From Histomonas meleagridis 2922-C6/04-290x (Eukaryota > Protista > Parabasalia), in assembly GCA_020184695.1 (NCBI GenBank), contig JAANOX010000061.1:310001-374000 (forward strand): a DNA stretch of 64,000 nucleotides. Direction: 5' to 3'. A model generated the notes under the pieces. It saw nothing but the letters and a program-made list of their open reading frames with translations. It had not been told where the DNA came from and did not search any database. Below are positions 59,345-64,000 of the stretch, piece by piece (within the stretch, counting starts at the first letter, position 1; each line of letters opens with the position of its first letter). The position numbers and the translations under genes are program-made.

Positions 59345-60401
59345 TTTTCATATATGCAAACTTTGAGTGCGATGTATTTTTACTTTGAAAATGCCATAAG
59401 GATTTCATAACCATTCATTGGGTGATTGATTAGTGTTTAAAGATAAATTAAATAACTGGGATAGTTGTGACCAAATCAGAAAATCAATTTTTTCCACTGA
59501 ACTAAATTTAAAGAAATAATAATACATAGATATACATATTCTATTCAATAAAATTATCTTAACCAAATTTTGTTATCTTATTTTTTATGAGAAATCTCCA
59601 AAATTTCAAAATGCTTTTTTGGGCTTTAGAATTAAATACAAAAGTTCAAATTCAATAAATATATAGAACTAATAATAGTCAATATTAATTTATATTATTT
59701 TTTTTTAGTTTTCATTCTGTTTTTAAGTTATAAAAGATTTTCAATATCTATAGACCAGAGCAAAAATTCGAGAATCTGTGTTTGCAATTTTTTATAATTT
59801 ATTTGTTCTATGCATAGGATAATTCTTGAAACAATTTATTCATTAATGGAGGCTCTGGACAAAGAAGAAAAAATGACTTTTTGAATTGATTTTGCGGTTA
59901 CAAATCCATCAAGATTCGTTCCTCCACGAGTGAGCGATACTCACAAAAAAGAATCACAAAATTAAACAGAAGATAAAAATATTTTAAACATTTTTTCAGC
60001 AATACTTGGATATACTGGTTTAGATGTTAATTGGTACTTCCAGTCTTTGCTTAGATGACCGTTTGTGTATTGTATCGTATACGAATTTAAATGGAAAGTG
60101 ACTAAATTCAAAGAAAATTTCCAAAAAAGAATTATCTTCATAAAAATTTGTCTACTGTCCTTATATGTTAAAATCTGAAATGTATTAAATACATTACAAA
60201 TAATTTTAAAATTAAAAAGAAATCTATAAGAGGGAAAGTTGGTTGACAGTGTCTTGCACAGAGCCATTAGGTGCTTTAAAGCATTCTATAAAAAAGCATT
60301 TCGAACTTCATTATGGAATTTTAAATACAAAATTCCAACTGATGATAAAATATTAAATTTCTAATTAAAAAAAATTAAACAGAAGTTTTTTATGTTAAAA
60401 A

Positions 60402-61127
60402 TTATTTGAGTCCTTCAATTATGAAATGCGCAATGTACTTTTTCTTCTTTAATACTTTTAGTTCGCCTAAATATTTACTTAAATCAATTTGATCGTTTTG
60501 GAATTGATTATCTAATTGTGAAATTTGCTGATCCAGTATACTTTCTTCGGCTTTCAACTGATCTATTTTTGCGTTTTTTGAAGAGAGAGCATTTTTCTGG
60601 TTTAATAAATTATAATATTTTTCTTTCAATGTAAATAAATATTGAACATCCGAATAGAATTCATTTCGTTTTTGATTTAAAAATGGCTCTGTTTTGCTAC
60701 CTTCTTGTTGTATTGCATCGGCGTACTTTACTGCTTCTTGGTATGTTGGTAAAGATCGGATAATTGAGAGTCTTCCTTGCTCTGTTTGTAAATCTTGTGG
60801 AGAAGATGAGTTAACTGCTTCTGTTATTTCTTCGTTTCGAAATGAAAATTGTTGAACAGATGGAAACGATGAATACTTTTGTAAATTATCGACAACATGA
60901 AATAATCGAAAGAAAGAAACCCATTTCTCTATGATAGGAAGAACCATTGGTTGCCCATTAACTGAGAGAATTGGTGGTGATTCTGGGAAAAATTGTGTTA
61001 ACGTGATCCGATATACAGCATTTGGATTTGTTGGGAATGAAATTTGAAACTCAAAAGGAGATAGTTGAATTAAGTTTGGGAATGCTTTTCTTGCATCAAG
61101 AAATTGCTCATTGATTGGCCCTAACAT
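60402..61127 (-). CDS. ESCRT-I Vps37-like protein (UEV-like N-terminus, Mod(r)-like C-terminus)
   Basis: YRITLTQFFPESPPILSV at the N-terminus; C-terminal QFQNDQIDLSKYLGELKVLKKKKY resembles Vps37. Confidence 0.6.
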   Translation of the reverse strand: MLGPINEQFLDARKAFPNLIQLSPFEFQISFPTNPNAVYRITLTQFFPESPPILSVNGQPMVLPIIEKWVSFFRLFHVVDNLQKYSSFPSVQQFSFRNEEITEAVNSSSPQDLQTEQGRLSIIRSLPTYQEAVKYADAIQQEGSKTEPFLNQKRNEFYSDVQYLFTLKEKYYNLLNQKNALSSKNAKIDQLKAEESILDQQISQLDNQFQNDQIDLSKYLGELKVLKKKKYIAHFIIEGLK

Positions 61128-61289
61128 TACTATAAATTTGTTATATCAAAACCGTTCTATCGTTCGAATAAACCTTGTCAATTGATTCATGCCAAAACTG
61201 TCAAATATTCTCATGATTTTTCTAATATATATTTTAGAAAATCATATAATATTATATATTGAACAATAATATTGCAACAAAAATTCCTG

Positions 61290-61911
61290 AAAAAATTGAA
61301 AATAAGGATTTTCTTCAAGCATTATAAAAGATTGAAAAAATAATTTTTGATTTAAACAAACATAATATAATTAGTTTGGTTGAATCTACATTAAAATACA
61401 TTGATAAAGAATTTATGGATTCATTTAATTTCATAATTTGTCGAATTATTTATGCATATTATGTTTCATAATTCAATTATAATTCAGGTTTTATCTTTTT
61501 AGTACTTCTTGAATCAAGAGAAAATAAAAATTCTGATCAAAATATTTTGTTTGTTTTAATAGAAATTCTCTTTTCGATTAATTCAGTTGAAGCTGTTTAT
61601 ATTCTTAGAGAAATTTATAAAAGCATCAATGTAAAATCATCAAGTAGTGTTTAAATTCTTTTCGAACAAAAAGGGATTGATATTAATATTAAAGATAATA
61701 GATTATGTTATTTAATATTTTATTTCATTATATAATATTTATAAATCATCAATGGAAATTAAATAAATTAAATGATACAGCATTTAAGAAAGCATCAGAG
61801 TTTAGTCACACAGAAATCATCAAATTATTTCAAGAATATGAACAAAATAATAATGTTAATAACAATGATAAGGCAAATGTAACATTACTTAGAAGGTGTT
61901 CAAATGAATAA
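61290..61911 (+). pseudogene. Decayed DUF3447-ankyrin gene: head remnant fused to a half module, an 80-nt spacer and a terminal repeat
   Basis: KIEKIIFDLNKHN..DSFNFIICRIIYAY (with stops); FEQKGIDINIKD; spacer 61697-61776 (80 nt, TGGAA at 61753); TAFKKASEFSHTEIIKLF. Confidence 0.65.
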
Positions 61912-62111
61912 TTTTTTTTTTCTTAATTTTCACAAGTTTCTCTGTAAGTCGTGAGTAAAAATAACACAAAGAATTGATAAAACATTATAATATTCATTTT
62001 AGCTTGAAATGATCAATAACATTCATATTCTCGAATTTATTTGATTCGCAAACATAAACATTTTTAGATAATTTTTAACATTTAAAGCCAAAAATCAGTT
62101 TTATTTTGATT

Positions 62112-63032
62112 TTATTTAAAATTCATTTCGATTGAGATGTTCGGAGTCACTTTTTCAAACTTCGGCAACAAAATTTTGCATTTTGCATCAAACGAACCGA
62201 ATTGTTTCCTTAGTGACAAATATGTACTCCCAGATGCACCTGTTTTGAACATTGCATCAATTGATTTATAATTTGTAGCAACACCAAAATTGATATCGAA
62301 ATTACCTTTAAGTACCTTTTTTGCATTGACTGCAAAACGGAAATCACCAAGCTTAGTTTCCGCTTTTGCTTGAATAGTTTTGTTTTTCAAATTGTCAATT
62401 TTGAATTGACCAGTTAATTTGTCATGATTTGTTTCCATAAAAGCACCAATAGTATTAGAGTGTTGCTCAAATTGCCTGGAAAAGCGATAAAATGCAAAAA
62501 TATTTGAGGTTCCGATTGATGTTATTGAAGAAATTTCATCAGTTGTAAAGGAAAATATTTGTCTTAAGTATGGAAGAGTTATATCTAACTTAGCTGATAT
62601 TGTTTTACCATATTTTAAATCAATATTTGTGTTTAATCGAGGAATCCTAAATTGTGAAGCAAGAGAAAAAATGTTTTTCCCTCTGAAATAGTGTGACTCG
62701 AAAACAAATTTATGACCTGAAATATAAAACGGATGTGTGAATTCAAAGTTAGGATGTAATGTTCCACTTGGTATGAATTTATCTAATGAAATTACTAATT
62801 TTGATTCTCCCATTTGTGGTAGGAAAGAAAAAATTGGGCTTTCACTACTTTCACCAAATGAACAAGTAAAAATACCATAAGGTGAATTACAAATTGAATT
62901 CATTGAGTAATGATCTCCATTTTTATTTAACAGTATTGAATTTTCATCTTTAGAAACCTTTAGTGTTTGACCTTCCGGTATTTCATTTTTTAATATTTCC
63001 TTACCAATTTGATTTACTTTCTCGCTGTTCAT
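62112..63032 (-). CDS. Putative beta-barrel outer-membrane protein (Tom40/porin-like)
   Basis: 306 aa, N-terminal helix followed by many amphipathic beta-strands and a terminal ISIEMNF strand; family assignment is tentative. Confidence 0.4.
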   Translation of the reverse strand: MNSEKVNQIGKEILKNEIPEGQTLKVSKDENSILLNKNGDHYSMNSICNSPYGIFTCSFGESSESPIFSFLPQMGESKLVISLDKFIPSGTLHPNFEFTHPFYISGHKFVFESHYFRGKNIFSLASQFRIPRLNTNIDLKYGKTISAKLDITLPYLRQIFSFTTDEISSITSIGTSNIFAFYRFSRQFEQHSNTIGAFMETNHDKLTGQFKIDNLKNKTIQAKAETKLGDFRFAVNAKKVLKGNFDINFGVATNYKSIDAMFKTGASGSTYLSLRKQFGSFDAKCKILLPKFEKVTPNISIEMNFK

Positions 63033-63188
63033 TGATCAATTAAACGTTCGTTTTTTATGAAAACGGTTATTATAAACTTTTCAAAATCACATCACACCTT
63101 CATTTAAATAGTTTACATTATAATTTAATAATAATTAAAAAAAAATAAAAAATACGCTTTTATTACTGCAATTTATTTCTGTTTATAA

Positions 63189-64000
63189 TTATTGACCACT
63201 AATTTTGGAAAGAACATTTTTACCATAATCATAATTCATTAGCTCTGCATATTGGTGTGGTGTACAATTAATAAGAAAATAACTCCACGAAAACAAAATA
63301 ACAAACAACACATTTCAAATTCACATCGATTCCTTCTTTTGCTAATAACAAGTCAACGATTTCATCATTTTTTTCAACGACAGCCCAATGTAAAGGTGTT
63401 CTTCCAATTATATCCTGTATATTAACATTTATATTCTTTTCATTCAATAGTACTTTAGCGCATTCGAATTTTCTATTTTTTAAAGCGATATGCAAAGGAG
63501 TTCTTTCGAAATTATCCTGAGCATTAACATCAGCTCCATCGATTGTTAGTAATTTTTCTAAAACCTCTTTATAACCATAATAAGCAGATGTATGTAATTG
63601 AGTTTTAAATAAAAAGAACAAACATTCAACAAATAAAAAAAACAGAGAAACAAACAAAAAAATTATCCTATATTTTGTAATTTCGAAACCTTTTTTCGAA
63701 AGAATTGCTAAAGCGATTTTTATTGATCCTGAATATAATGCGAAATCGATTGGTGTATGAAAAGAAAAAAAAGAAATTCCATAAACATCAAACAAATACA
63801 ACTACATTTTTGATTTAAATTAATGTTTTTTTGTTCGACAAGAAGTCTAACAATATCATAATGACCATATAAAGAAGCATAATGAAGAGGCGTTTCAAAA
63901 ACGCCGTTCCTAAAGTTAATATCAGCTCCATTTTGAATGCACCATAAAGTCATATGAATATTATTAGTTCCAATTGCTTGATGAAGTATAGTGCCGACTT
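63189..64000 (-). CDS. Ankyrin-repeat gene (5' end outside the window) mixing uninterrupted and spacer-interrupted repeats
   Basis: Uninterrupted loops NGVFETPL, DNFERTPL, DIIGRTPL. Inserts at 63803-63757 (47 nt), 63669-63604 (63-66 nt) and 63309-63264 (46 nt). Terminal repeat TPHQYAELMNY to TAA at 63189. Confidence 0.75.

Noticed and set aside
56400-60300. Possible decayed coding fragments at 56400-56830 and 59750-60270
   Set aside because: They have multiple stops and no recognisable domain, so I cannot support a call.
61170-61183. AAACCTTGTCAATT match to the MITE TIR as a second element end
   Set aside because: It is only 14 bp with no partner inverted repeat or flank duplication nearby.

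Overview
This is AT-rich eukaryotic DNA that looks parabasalid (Trichomonas/Tritrichomonas-like). The evidence is DUF3447-ankyrin genes, BspA-like LRR surface proteins, TKL-Sel1 kinases, a TCACT initiator and apparently intron-free housekeeping genes. Those genes are TAF7, Sec61a, eIF3m, Rab, an HMG-box gene, RPL30, ATAT1, actin, a TUL1-like RING ligase and Vps37; tRNA-Glu and tRNA-Lys are also present. The main unexplained structure is a family of ankyrin genes (1091-5080 +, 24977-30878 -, 39488-41079 -, 63189->64000 -, plus orphan pieces). In these genes, stop-free 30-codon ankyrin modules are separated at the same beta-hairpin position by AT-rich spacers. The spacers break the frame and/or carry stops, lack GT-AG ends, are exactly 80 nt in 36 of 46 cases in the two long arrays, and usually carry a TGGAA-like motif 24 nt before the next module. 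This points to an undescribed non-canonical excision (RNA or DNA) or cassette system building DARPin-like variable proteins; the mechanism is inference. The second highlight is a ~6.7-kb RLE-type (NeSL/R2-like) non-LTR retrotransposon inserted at the T-loop of a tRNA-Lys(UUU) gene, with a 17-bp target duplication that leaves the tRNA intact. Also present are a 693-bp MITE-like element, a 35-bp minisatellite and a triplicated MFSD5-like/DUF3447 segment. Many isolated frameshifts sit in homopolymers and may be assembly errors.
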